A DNA stretch of 64,000 bases. It comes from a virus. The position numbers and the translations under genes were made by a program. The stretch covers positions 62,211 through 126,210 of the IMG/VR virus record IMGVR_UViG_3300007512_000009, one strand, 5' to 3'. This document shows positions 42,371 to 52,005 of this stretch, piece after piece (positions within the stretch are counted from its first letter, which is position 1; each line of letters begins with the position of its first letter). The notes below the pieces were generated by a model. That model was not told where the DNA came from. It saw nothing but the letters and a program-made list of their open reading frames with translations, and made no database searches.

Positions 42371-42844
42371 ATGGGCAGAGCAGGAAATTACGACATTGTA
42401 GCAGAGCAGGGTTCAGACTTTTCTCTTTATTTACAATATTTAGAAAATGGCGGGACGGGTGTTACTCTAAATGCATACCAAGCAAGGATGCAGGTTAGAA
42501 GGTCAACAATCGATACTGGGGCTCTTTTATGGGTAACTGGTTCAACGTTAGTAAACTCTTCCACATCCCACACTAGGTCTGTTACTGGTGGAGGTTCTAC
42601 TGGAGAATTTACCCCCACTGATGCAACTGCTGACCAAGTACTTGGTACAGGTGGGATAAGGTTAGATGTTTCTTCTGCAGGTGCATCTGGTACTACAGGT
42701 GGAATATTAATTACAATTGGTGCTGATACAATGGCTAATGTACCAATTGGTAGACATATCTACGATTTAGAAATTAATAGCGGGTCTTCAGCAGAGAAGA
42801 TTGTCAAAGGTAGATTTGAAGTACAAGGTGAGGTTACTAGATGA
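42371..42844 (+). CDS. Virion beta-sandwich adaptor (LtfC-like)
   Basis: YDIVAEQGSDF, YQARMQVR, IYDLEI, GRFEVQGEVTR; late promoter. Confidence 0.7.
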   Translation: MGRAGNYDIVAEQGSDFSLYLQYLENGGTGVTLNAYQARMQVRRSTIDTGALLWVTGSTLVNSSTSHTRSVTGGGSTGEFTPTDATADQVLGTGGIRLDVSSAGASGTTGGILITIGADTMANVPIGRHIYDLEINSGSSAEKIVKGRFEVQGEVTR

Positions 42845-42948
42845 CCAAAATAAAAGTATATGACCAACAACCACATAAAGTAACTCCAACTGGTCAAAAC
42901 CAAATTAAAGTAGTTAAACAACCAAACCAAGTTAAAGTTGTTAGGTAA
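42841..42948 (+). CDS. 35-aa beta-repeat microprotein
   Basis: MTKIKVYDQQPHKVTPTGQNQIKVVKQPNQVKVVR; ATGA overlap with previous stop. Confidence 0.55.
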   Translation: MTKIKVYDQQPHKVTPTGQNQIKVVKQPNQVKVVR

Positions 42949-42949
42949 A

Positions 42950-42978
42950 TTGACTTGATTCAGCCTTTCTGATATAAT
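42950..42978 (+). promoter_or_regulatory. Sigma70-type promoter (GCC class) for dut
   Basis: TTGACT-tgattcAGCCtttcTGa-TATAAT. Confidence 0.82.
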
Positions 42979-43010
42979 ACTTTATACAAACACAATTGGA
43001 GATTTATATT

Positions 43011-43607
43011 ATGAGTAAACCTACACTTAGGTACTATAGAACACACGACAACGTAATACCACCAGAAGCAGGAACTGATGAAGCGGCTTGTTATGATTTG
43101 CACTCCCATTTATTTTACACAGAGAAATTTGACGACACTTCACCCAAAAGTTATTCAGATACACCACGTAAAGTAACAATAATTACACCAGATAATGTTG
43201 CATCAACTGTTCTTCCAGTAAAACAACATAGCGGATATCATGGGTCAGAGTCCACTCATACAGTTACAATTCCTGCTCATCATAGAGCAATTGTACCAAC
43301 AGGGATTGTATTTGACATTCCAAAGGGTTATTCTGTCAGACTGCATCCACGTTCAGGGTTATCAATCAACAAAGCATTCATCGTTGCAAACTGTGAAGGT
43401 ATAATTGATTCCGATTATTTTCATGAAATCAAAGCACTCATGGTCAATAATAGCAATAAAGACATTGTTGTCGAACACGGTGATAGGATTTGCCAAGCAG
43501 AAATCGTAAAGTGCATTGAACACACAATTGAAGAAACCTTTGACGAACCGCAACAACGAACAGACAGAGTTGGTGGTCTTGGTAGCACTGGGGTTAAAAC
43601 ATTATGA
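43011..43607 (+). CDS. dut: Trimeric dUTPase
   Basis: AACYDL, PRSGLS, GIIDSDY, GDRICQ, RVGGLGSTG; insertion after motif 1. Confidence 0.95.
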   Translation: MSKPTLRYYRTHDNVIPPEAGTDEAACYDLHSHLFYTEKFDDTSPKSYSDTPRKVTIITPDNVASTVLPVKQHSGYHGSESTHTVTIPAHHRAIVPTGIVFDIPKGYSVRLHPRSGLSINKAFIVANCEGIIDSDYFHEIKALMVNNSNKDIVVEHGDRICQAEIVKCIEHTIEETFDEPQQRTDRVGGLGSTGVKTL

Positions 43608-43951
43608 ATCAAGAAAAATTGTTAGAACATCATAAAGAACTTTGTAGTACTGCTTATGAATTGATGAAAAAGAAAAACCACGACTATGCAGGTAAAGACG
43701 GAACTACACCATTTGCAAATTTTGAAAAAGCAGAAATGATGGGTCTTTGTAGTACAGAATCAGGAATGATGGTTAGAATTTTAGACAAAATTTCTAGAAT
43801 TACAACTTATATTGATTCAGGTGAACTAAAGGTAGAAAACGAAGGCTACAATGATGCTGTTATTGACCTAATTAATTACCTTGTTCTGTTTAGTGGGTAT
43901 ATTAAATCAAAAGAAAAGAAATTGGCTAAATTCCCACTGAGGAATGGTTGA
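43604..43951 (+). CDS. DUF1599-like nucleotide-modification-associated alpha-helical protein
   Basis: KKNHDYAG..PFANF..RILDKISR..DAVIDLINY. Confidence 0.7.
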   Translation: MNQEKLLEHHKELCSTAYELMKKKNHDYAGKDGTTPFANFEKAEMMGLCSTESGMMVRILDKISRITTYIDSGELKVENEGYNDAVIDLINYLVLFSGYIKSKEKKLAKFPLRNG

Positions 43952-43976
43952 CAACTATCAGCCCTAGTGATATAAT
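43948..43976 (+). promoter_or_regulatory. Sigma70-type promoter (GCC class, leaderless) for gp43
   Basis: TTGACA-actatcAGCCctagTGa-TATAAT, ATG 6 nt downstream. Confidence 0.85.
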
Positions 43977-43982
43977 ACAACT

Positions 43983-46535
43983 ATGAGTAAGCGATTCTAT
44001 ACCGATGTATTGACCAGAGGGAATAACATACTGTATAGAGGTTACGATGAAAATGGTGACCAAGTAAAAGAAAAAATTGCATATAATCCCGCTTACTTTG
44101 TACCCACACACAAAGATACAAAATATAAAACATTGGATGGTGTTTATGTAGAAAAGATTCGTACAGGCTCTGTTAAAGAGTCGATGGATTTCTTTAAACA
44201 ATATAAAGGTGTTGGTGGTATAGAAATTTACGGTGATATTAATTATCAATATCAATTTATAGGTGAAGAATTTAACGGTGATATAGAATATGATATTAAC
44301 AAAATTAAAATTACTACAATCGATATCGAAACCACATCAGAACACGGATTCCCAGATATGGAGAACCCAATTGAAAAAATTAATGCGATTACTATTAAGA
44401 TGGACGGTAAGACTTATAGTCTTGGTTTGGGTGATTTTGATGTTGTGGGTGTTCGCTGTTATCCTTGTTCTACCGAGATAGAATTAATTGAGAAATTCCT
44501 AGATTTATGGGAACAACTCAAACCAGACATTGTTACTGGTTGGCACGTCAGGTTTTTTGATATACCGTATCTTCACAATAGAATCAAACACGTCATGAAT
44601 AAAAAGACCGCAGAACGTCTTAGTCCATGGGGTGTAATAAAAGAAGTACAAATTCATAGACAAAACAGAATACAAAAAGTGTTCAACATTTATGGTGTTG
44701 CTGTTATGGACTACCTTGATTTATACTCAATGTTTACCTATGTGAATCAGGAATCTTACAGTCTAAATCATATATCATATGTTGAACTTGGTGAAGAAAA
44801 ACTGTCCTATGATGAGTATGACTCTATTACCGAATTCTATAAGAACGATTTCCAGAAATTTATGGAATATAACATTAAAGATGTGGAACTCGTTTATAAA
44901 CTTGAAGAAAAGTTAAAATTAATGGAGTTAGCGATTGCTCTCGCTTACTCCGCAAAAGTGAACTTTGAAGATGTATTCAGTCAGGTAAGGATGTGGGATT
45001 GTATCATCTACCACTATTTGTTAGAGCATAACATTGTTATCCCACCCAGAAAGGTGGAACACAAATCTACCAAATATGAAGGTGCTTATGTTATGGAGCC
45101 GATAACAGGGATGCATGATTGGGTGATGTCGTTCGACTTGAACTCACTTTATCCTCACCTTATAATGCAGTATAACATTAGCACGGAAACAAAACTCACT
45201 AATTTTAATAATGCACCTACTAGGGGTACTATTTCACCAAACGGTATTTTGGATGAAAACGAATTCACGTTGAAAAGAATGAAACCTTGGAAGGAAGCAA
45301 ACCTTTCCATTGCCGCTAACGGTGTTCTTTTCGACAACTCACGAAGAGGGTTCTTACCTTCTCTAATGGAGAGGTTGTATGAAGAGAGAAAAGTAAGCAA
45401 ATCGAAAATGATTGAAGCACAAAAAAGAATGGAAGAAATTCCGAAAATGAATATGCCTACAGTCGCAAGAGGTGCTTTACACAATAAATTAAAAAACGAA
45501 ATTTCTAAATATAAAAACCAACAATTAGTTAGAAAAGTGCAATTGAACTCCGCATATGGTGCTATTGGAAACCAATATTGTCGATATTATGATGTAGAGA
45601 TTGCTGAAGCGGTAACAATATCTGGACAACTTAGCATCCGATGGATTGAGAGTAAACTAAATGACTTTTTAAATAAAACATTCAAGACAGAGGATTTCAT
45701 CTATGTTATTGCTTCTGATACAGATTCTGTTTATATTCGGTTTGGGGATATTGTGGACAAATTTTGTCCCAACAAGGAGAAGCAGGAGGTGGTGGACTTC
45801 CTCGACAAATGTGCGGGAGAAATCATCGAACCGTTCATCAACAAAAAATACGATGAATTAGCAGAAAAAATGAACGCTTTTGATAACAAGATGTTCATGA
45901 AAAGAGAGGTTATCGCAGACAAAGGGATATGGACTGCTAAAAAGAGATATATTTTAAATGTTCTTGATAACGAAGGTGTTAGATATGACGAACCGAAAAT
46001 TAAGGTTACGGGCATTGAAACAACAAGAGCATCAACACCCGAAGTGGTAAGAAAAGAACTCAAGAAGGCAATTAATCTAATATTAACCACCGATGAAGAC
46101 ACGGTGATTGATTTTATTGATGGATTCAAGACCAAGTTTTTCTCTCTACCACCAGAAGACATAGCATTTCCTAGAGGAATACGAGGTCTTACTAAATATG
46201 AAGACGGAACTAGAATTTATGCAAGCGGTACACCGATTGCAACGAAGGGCGCATTAATTTATAACCATATTATTAAGAAAGAAAAACTAGATAGGAAACA
46301 TCAATTAATTAGAGAGAATGATAAAGCAAAATTTGTGTATTTAAAAACACCAAATACTATTAGAGAAAGAGTGATAACCTTCCCTAACGGATTACCTAAA
46401 GAATTAGGATTATCAGAATACGTGGATTATGAGATGCAGTTTGAAAGAGGCTTTTTAAGACCTTTAGAGATGATACTCAAGACCATAGGATGGCAAAATG
46501 AAAGAAAATCCAATCTTGAGGACTTGTTTTGTTGA
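43983..46535 (+). CDS. gp43: Family B DNA polymerase gp43
   Basis: DIET exonuclease, SFDLNSLYP, KVQLNSAYG, SDTDS, KKRY. Confidence 0.98.
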   Translation: MSKRFYTDVLTRGNNILYRGYDENGDQVKEKIAYNPAYFVPTHKDTKYKTLDGVYVEKIRTGSVKESMDFFKQYKGVGGIEIYGDINYQYQFIGEEFNGDIEYDINKIKITTIDIETTSEHGFPDMENPIEKINAITIKMDGKTYSLGLGDFDVVGVRCYPCSTEIELIEKFLDLWEQLKPDIVTGWHVRFFDIPYLHNRIKHVMNKKTAERLSPWGVIKEVQIHRQNRIQKVFNIYGVAVMDYLDLYSMFTYVNQESYSLNHISYVELGEEKLSYDEYDSITEFYKNDFQKFMEYNIKDVELVYKLEEKLKLMELAIALAYSAKVNFEDVFSQVRMWDCIIYHYLLEHNIVIPPRKVEHKSTKYEGAYVMEPITGMHDWVMSFDLNSLYPHLIMQYNISTETKLTNFNNAPTRGTISPNGILDENEFTLKRMKPWKEANLSIAANGVLFDNSRRGFLPSLMERLYEERKVSKSKMIEAQKRMEEIPKMNMPTVARGALHNKLKNEISKYKNQQLVRKVQLNSAYGAIGNQYCRYYDVEIAEAVTISGQLSIRWIESKLNDFLNKTFKTEDFIYVIASDTDSVYIRFGDIVDKFCPNKEKQEVVDFLDKCAGEIIEPFINKKYDELAEKMNAFDNKMFMKREVIADKGIWTAKKRYILNVLDNEGVRYDEPKIKVTGIETTRASTPEVVRKELKKAINLILTTDEDTVIDFIDGFKTKFFSLPPEDIAFPRGIRGLTKYEDGTRIYASGTPIATKGALIYNHIIKKEKLDRKHQLIRENDKAKFVYLKTPNTIRERVITFPNGLPKELGLSEYVDYEMQFERGFLRPLEMILKTIGWQNERKSNLEDLFC

Positions 46536-46552
46536 TGCCCCTAAGGTATAAT
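46524..46552 (+). promoter_or_regulatory. Sigma70-type promoter (GCC class, weak -35) for uvsX
   Basis: TTGTTT-tgttgatGCCcctaagg-TATAAT. Confidence 0.65.
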
Positions 46553-46577
46553 AAACAAAATAATGGAGAAACAATAA

Positions 46578-47642
46578 ATGTCAAGTAATAGTTTTTTGGA
46601 TTCAATTATTAAAGATTCTGGTAATGAATACGCAGGTATTGTGTCTGACGGAGTAGAAGGTAGTGATGTAACAGGATTCGTGGACACTGGCAGCCTTGCA
46701 TTAAACGCACTTTTATCTGGTAGCATTTATAACGGTATGCCAGATAATAAAATCATTGCACTTGCAGGTGAGTCAGCAACAGGTAAAACTTATTTTGCTA
46801 TCGATATATGTAAAACATTTTTGAAAGATAGCCCCGATGGGATTGTTTTATATTTTGACTCTGAACAAGCAATCACCTCTCAAATGATAAATGAAAGAGG
46901 GATGGACCCAAATAGGGTTGCTATTTTCCCAGTTGCCACTGTTGAAGATTTCAGATTCCAATGTATAAAAATAGTAGACAAAGTTTTAGAACAAAATAAA
47001 AAAGATAGAAAACCAATGATTATTGTATTGGATTCACTTGGTATGTTGTCTACTAACAAAGAAATGACAGACACCGCAGAGGGCAAAGACACAAGAGATA
47101 TGACTAGGGCACAAATGGTAAAATCGACATTCCGTGTTCTTACTCTAAAACTCGGTAAAGCACACATACCTCTTATTATGACTAACCACACATATGATGC
47201 AGTTGGTTCGTATGTTCCAATGAAGGTTATGGGTGGGGGTTCTGGTTTAAAATATGCTGCCTCAACAATTTTATATCTTTCAAAGAAGAAAATCAAAGAT
47301 GGTACTGAAATTGTAGGTAACATTATCAAGTGCAAACTTTTCAAAAGCAGACTCACAAAAGAAAACAAACAAGTTGAAGTTGAACTAAATTATGAAACAG
47401 GTCTGAATAAGTATTTTGGTTTAGTAGACCTAGCAACCAAATATAATATTTTTAAAAAGGTGTCCACAAGGATAGAGTTACCAGACGGTCGGAAAGTTTA
47501 CGAAAAGAACATTAATACCGAACCTGAAAAATACTACACAAAAGAAATATTAAGTCAAATAGACAAGGCTGCAGCCGAAGAGTTTAAATATGGAAGTAGC
47601 ACAAATATTAACCAAGAAACTGAATTAGAAGAAAATGGGTAA
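46578..47642 (+). CDS. uvsX: RecA-like recombinase UvsX
   Basis: [37 protein letters not shown]. Confidence 0.96.
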   Translation: MSSNSFLDSIIKDSGNEYAGIVSDGVEGSDVTGFVDTGSLALNALLSGSIYNGMPDNKIIALAGESATGKTYFAIDICKTFLKDSPDGIVLYFDSEQAITSQMINERGMDPNRVAIFPVATVEDFRFQCIKIVDKVLEQNKKDRKPMIIVLDSLGMLSTNKEMTDTAEGKDTRDMTRAQMVKSTFRVLTLKLGKAHIPLIMTNHTYDAVGSYVPMKVMGGGSGLKYAASTILYLSKKKIKDGTEIVGNIIKCKLFKSRLTKENKQVEVELNYETGLNKYFGLVDLATKYNIFKKVSTRIELPDGRKVYEKNINTEPEKYYTKEILSQIDKAAAEEFKYGSSTNINQETELEENG

Positions 47643-47946
47643 AATCGAATTACCAGAATACAGATTTGCTGAAAACCCAAGTGATGACAAAACTGGTGCA
47701 ATTCGCATATCTAATGGTAAATTTAAAGGTTTTACCTATCAATATGGTGTTGTCAGTCTTGATGAAGTGGACGGTTCACTTAAAGTTAACTTTACATATG
47801 ATATAGTTGACAACGAAAAATGTTACCCAATAAATCAAGAGTTGACTAATATAATGGGTGGCATTTTAACAGAACTCATTAACGAAAGATATGATGATGG
47901 AAGCGACTACAGAGATAATTATCCTGACGAATCTGATTCAGAGTGA
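47635..47946 (+). CDS. gp40-like protein
   Basis: Position between uvsX and gp41 as in T4; YQYGVVS..NFTYDI. Confidence 0.5.
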   Translation: MGKIELPEYRFAENPSDDKTGAIRISNGKFKGFTYQYGVVSLDEVDGSLKVNFTYDIVDNEKCYPINQELTNIMGGILTELINERYDDGSDYRDNYPDESDSE

Positions 47947-49309
47947 TGTCTACATGAGAAAGGTTATTCCTTTCTTAAAAGAAGACTACTTTTCTGACAG
48001 GATTGAACGCAAGATTTTTGAAGTTGTAAAAGACTTCATTGACAAATATAATAAAGCACCAAACAAGGATGCCTTGTCTGTCTGTTTATCTAACTTAACC
48101 AATGTTTCGGAGTCTGAATATAAAGAGGCAAAAGAAATAATAGAGGAGATTACAGTTAAGAGTGAATCTTCCCCAGACGATAAATGGTTATTAGATACCA
48201 CTGAGTCTTTTTGCAAAGATAAATCGATTTATAATGCAATATTGGAATCTATACAAATTATTGATGGTAAATCTGAGCAGAGTAAAAACCACCTACCTAC
48301 ACTTCTGCAAGAAGCACTTTCAGTTTCATTTGATGTATCTGTGGGTCATGACTATATAGAAGATTCTGATGAACGATATGATTTTTACCACAAGAAAGAA
48401 GATAAAATCCCATTTGATTTAGATTTTTTCAATAAAATCACAAATAATGGTACTCCACAAAAAACACTAAATGTTATACTTGCAGGAACAGGCGTTGGTA
48501 AATCACTATTCATGTGTCATCATGCGGCCAACTGTTTAACCCAAAATAAGAATGTATTGTATATTACCTGTGAAATGGCGGAAGAGAGAATTGCAGAACG
48601 AATTGATGCTAATTTAATGGATATCACTATGGATGAACTACGAGAACTTCCAAAAGAAATATATTCAAAGAAGGTATCAACAGCAACAAAAAAGATTGAT
48701 GGTAAACTAATTATCAAAGAATATCCAACTGCAACAGCAAATGTGAACCACTTTAGAGCATTATTAGAAGAACTTAGTTTAAAAAAGAGGTTTGTACCAG
48801 ACATAATATTTGTTGATTACTTAAATATTTGTGCGGCAGCAAGATTTAAAAATGGTGCAAATGTAAATTCTTATATGTATATAAAAGCAATAGCAGAAGA
48901 ACTTAGAGGTTTTGCAGTAGAAAACGATGTACCCATATTTACGGCAACCCAAACAAACAGAGGTGGTTTTGCAAATACGGATGTTGGACTTGAAGATACC
49001 TCTGAATCATTTGGTTTACCTGCAACTGCCGATTTTATGTTTGCGGTCATCTCTACTGAAGAACTGGATGAGGTGAATCAAGTTTTAATAAAACAACTGA
49101 AAAATAGGTATAATGATACTGCTATTAATAGAAAATTTGTAGTGGGGATAAACAGGTCTAAAATGAAACTATATGATGTATCTAAAGGTGAACAAACAGA
49201 TTTAATATGTTCTGGACAATCTACATATAGTAGAGATGACTTGGATGAAAAATTCAGTAAACAAACCGCCACTAAAGTTGGCGAACCATTTTCCGATTGG
49301 AATATTTAA
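47891..49309 (+). CDS. gp41: Replicative helicase gp41
   Basis: LAGTGVGKS, EMAEERIAERID, IKEYPT, VDYLNI, SESFGLPATAD, QLKNRY. Confidence 0.97.
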   Translation: MMMEATTEIIILTNLIQSDVYMRKVIPFLKEDYFSDRIERKIFEVVKDFIDKYNKAPNKDALSVCLSNLTNVSESEYKEAKEIIEEITVKSESSPDDKWLLDTTESFCKDKSIYNAILESIQIIDGKSEQSKNHLPTLLQEALSVSFDVSVGHDYIEDSDERYDFYHKKEDKIPFDLDFFNKITNNGTPQKTLNVILAGTGVGKSLFMCHHAANCLTQNKNVLYITCEMAEERIAERIDANLMDITMDELRELPKEIYSKKVSTATKKIDGKLIIKEYPTATANVNHFRALLEELSLKKRFVPDIIFVDYLNICAAARFKNGANVNSYMYIKAIAEELRGFAVENDVPIFTATQTNRGGFANTDVGLEDTSESFGLPATADFMFAVISTEELDEVNQVLIKQLKNRYNDTAINRKFVVGINRSKMKLYDVSKGEQTDLICSGQSTYSRDDLDEKFSKQTATKVGEPFSDWNI

Positions 49310-49320
49310 AGGAGATAAGC

Positions 49321-49491
49321 ATGGACGAAAAAGAACTTAAAGACTGGTCAGACTGGGCAAAAGCGTATGAAATAAGTATCGATGAAGAACATGGTGCAGG
49401 CGAAAAAGGTACTGATGAATTAAAAGGTAAGTACGCCAAAGAAACACCAGGCCAAACATCAGATACAGATGAGGAATCCTTACAAAAATGA
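49321..49491 (+). CDS. Small acidic hypothetical protein
   Basis: AAGGAG RBS; MDEKELKDW...GTDELKGKYAKETPGQ. Confidence 0.55.
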   Translation: MDEKELKDWSDWAKAYEISIDEEHGAGEKGTDELKGKYAKETPGQTSDTDEESLQK

Positions 49492-50576
49492 GCATGATTG
49501 TTGATAAAAAATTTATCAACTTAATTTCTATTGAACTTAGAAACTTCAAATGGAAAAAAGAATCTCAGGCACAGTGTTCATGTCCAATCTGTGGTGATAG
49601 TAAAAAAGATGCAAAAAAAGCGAGAGGTTATTTTTATCAGAAACATGGACGTTTTTTCTATAAGTGTTTTAACTGTGGATACTGGTCTAACATATATAAA
49701 TTTTTATCTCAAGTTTCCCCAGATTTATGTAAAGAGTATGGACTTGAATCTTTTAAGGGAAACATCAATAACAACCGATTGGTAAAAAAGAATAAAATTA
49801 ATAGAAGAAATGATGGAGAAGAAATTGTGAAAGGACTGTTTGGTAAAAATCCCTCTAGTATTAAAAAGATAAGGGACGGATATAAAATTCTTGGTGATTT
49901 GGTAAAATTAAAAGACTTACCAAGCGACCATAATGCTGTAAAATTTGCTAATATGAGGTTAATCCCCAAAGAATATTGGGATTTGCTTTACTATACTGAA
50001 GATTTTGGTAAATTTTCTAAGGGTCTAGACCCAGAAACTAATTACAGAGAATCAGAAGAAAGATTAGTTATTCCATTCTTTAATAGTAAAGGTGACGTAG
50101 TGGCAGCACAAGGTAGAGCATTGAGTATGTCTAGTGAGGTGAATGCTAGGAACACTCTTAAATATCTTACTGTAAAAGCGGATAAGAGTATAGACAGGCT
50201 GTTTTATGGTCTTTGGAGATGCAATCCTGAAAAGAGAGTTTATGTAGTAGAGGGGCCGATTGATAGTTTATTCATCAAGAATGCAATTGCAATGGTTGGT
50301 GCCAGTTCTATAAATAAACTTCCTGAAAGATTGCGTGATAAAGATGTAGTATTTGTGCTTGATAATGAACCAAGAAATGAACAGATTGTCAAATTCAATG
50401 AAGAACTCATTAAGCAAGGAAGACAAGTTTGCATCTGGCCTGAATCTTTAAAAGAAAAAGATATTAATGACATGTCGTACAGGATTTCGACTCGTAAAAT
50501 CCAAAAAATGATTGATGAGAACACATTTCGTGGTCTTGAAGCAACAATAAAACTTAATAAATGGAAGAGAATATGA
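49488..50576 (+). CDS. gp61: DNA primase gp61
   Basis: CSCPICGDS..CFNCG zinc ribbon, LVIPF, VVEGPIDS, DNEPRN, KDIND. Confidence 0.96.
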   Translation: MSMIVDKKFINLISIELRNFKWKKESQAQCSCPICGDSKKDAKKARGYFYQKHGRFFYKCFNCGYWSNIYKFLSQVSPDLCKEYGLESFKGNINNNRLVKKNKINRRNDGEEIVKGLFGKNPSSIKKIRDGYKILGDLVKLKDLPSDHNAVKFANMRLIPKEYWDLLYYTEDFGKFSKGLDPETNYRESEERLVIPFFNSKGDVVAAQGRALSMSSEVNARNTLKYLTVKADKSIDRLFYGLWRCNPEKRVYVVEGPIDSLFIKNAIAMVGASSINKLPERLRDKDVVFVLDNEPRNEQIVKFNEELIKQGRQVCIWPESLKEKDINDMSYRISTRKIQKMIDENTFRGLEATIKLNKWKRI

Positions 50577-51634
50577 ACAACTGTAAACTTGAATATTTGT
50601 GGTTAGACGGTTACAAAACACCCAACGTTAGAAGTAAAACTAAGTATTGTAATATAAACCCCTCTGCTGATGGTAGACTAACCTTAAACGATGTTCCTGA
50701 ATGGGGATTTGATGGGTCTAGTACGGAACAAGCAGTGGATAGTGATAGTGACTGTGTTTTAAAACCAGTATCAATCTATAATAACACCGTTGATAGTATA
50801 ATAGGTAATAATTCATACATTATATTATGTGAAGTAATGAATTCTGATGGTACACCACACAAATCCAATACACGTGCTAAACTCCGAAAACTAGAAAAGA
50901 AGTTTGACAACCAAAACTTTTGGTTCGGTATTGAACAAGAATACACTATAATAAACAACGCCAATAATAAACCCTACGGATGGCCCGAAAATGGGTATCC
51001 ACCACCACAAGGTAGATACTACTGTGGTGTAGGTGGTGATGTAGTCACAATGAGGGAGTTAGCACACGAACATGCGATGGCCTGTAATACAGCAGGTATT
51101 CCTCTGTGTGGTACAAACGCTGAAGTAATGTTAGGTCAATGGGAGTACCAAATTGGTACTGCAGGAATCCTAGAAATATGCGACTATCTATGGGTTGCTC
51201 GTTATATGTTGGAAGTTTTAGCAGAAACAAAAGATGTAAGTATTAGTTTAGACCCCAAACCTATTATGGGCGACTGGAATGGTTCAGGTGCACACATCAA
51301 TTTCTCAACAGAAAGACTTCGTGAAGAAGGTGGAAAAAGATACATCACTGGTATTATAAAAAATTTGATGGACAAACATGAAGAACATATTGAAGAATAT
51401 GGTATTGGAAATGAAGATAGATTAACAGGAGAACATGAAACTCAACATATTGATGTTTTTTCTTCTGGTGATTCAGACAGAGGTGCATCTATTCGTATCC
51501 CCCCAATTACTTCTAAAACATTGAAGGGATATCTTGAAGATAGAAGACCATCCGCAAATATGGACCCCTATCGTGCAGTAGCAAAATTGGTTGAAACAGT
51601 TGGTAATGTTAGTATGGTTGTTAATGCGTTATGA
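50573..51634 (+). CDS. glnII: Glutamine synthetase type II
   Basis: LEYLWLDG, WGFDGSST, FGIEQEY, PQGRYYCGVG, NAEVMLGQWEYQIG, WNGSGAH, RLTGEHET, EDRRPSANMDPY. Confidence 0.95.
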   Translation: MNNCKLEYLWLDGYKTPNVRSKTKYCNINPSADGRLTLNDVPEWGFDGSSTEQAVDSDSDCVLKPVSIYNNTVDSIIGNNSYIILCEVMNSDGTPHKSNTRAKLRKLEKKFDNQNFWFGIEQEYTIINNANNKPYGWPENGYPPPQGRYYCGVGGDVVTMRELAHEHAMACNTAGIPLCGTNAEVMLGQWEYQIGTAGILEICDYLWVARYMLEVLAETKDVSISLDPKPIMGDWNGSGAHINFSTERLREEGGKRYITGIIKNLMDKHEEHIEEYGIGNEDRLTGEHETQHIDVFSSGDSDRGASIRIPPITSKTLKGYLEDRRPSANMDPYRAVAKLVETVGNVSMVVNAL

Positions 51635-51804
51635 ATAAAAAAGACATTAAAAAAACCTTTGAGGAAATTCTTCAATATGGTTGGATGTGGGGACATCCAA
51701 AATATATAAATCGTTGGCCTTTACTTTACCAATACTATAAAGAAGAATTAAATAACGGTAAAGACTTTAAGCCAGATGAAAATAACAAAGCATCAGCAAA
51801 ATGA
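51631..51804 (+). CDS. Small hypothetical protein (57 aa)
   Basis: Own translation MNKKDIKKTFEEILQYGWMWGHPKY...; overlaps GS stop. Confidence 0.55.
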   Translation: MNKKDIKKTFEEILQYGWMWGHPKYINRWPLLYQYYKEELNNGKDFKPDENNKASAK

Positions 51805-51810
51805 AAAAGA

Positions 51811-51993
51811 ATGTACACTGAATGGTATTGGAGTGGGTTAATGGCAGTATTTGGAAGATTTTATAAATTAAAAATCGAATCCCACTCCCAGTGGGAAATT
51901 CAACAACATGCTAAAAATATAGGCAACATTTTTGGAAATGGAAATATCTTGCTAAGAGTGAAAAATAAAAATAAATATGGTCGTGTAGTTTAA
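51811..51993 (+). pseudogene. thyX: C-terminal remnant of flavin-dependent thymidylate synthase ThyX
   Basis: MYTEWYWSG..FGRFYKLKIESHSQWEIQQHAKNIG matches the ThyX C-terminus; N-terminal part absent; terminal WKYL lies in another frame (51939-51950). Confidence 0.7.
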
Positions 51994-52005
51994 AAAGGAA
52001 TTTTT

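Noticed and set aside
43011-43607. Insertion in dUTPase after motif 1
   Set aside because: As I recall, similar insertions are common in aquatic T4-like dUTPases; no evidence of a new function.
46880-47368. Long minus-strand ORFs (also 21476-21904, 45731-46162, 9378-9734 and other short nested ORFs)
   Set aside because: All lie within well-supported plus-strand genes and show no recognisable motifs.
50309-50316. TATAAATA inside the primase gene
   Set aside because: Intragenic, 250 nt from the next start; plausible by chance in AT-rich DNA.
51802-51804. TGA read-through or recoding fusing ORF 51631 to the thyX fragment (same frame)
   Set aside because: The upstream ORF has no ThyX similarity. 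TGA ends many genes here with ATGA overlaps, so the standard code applies.
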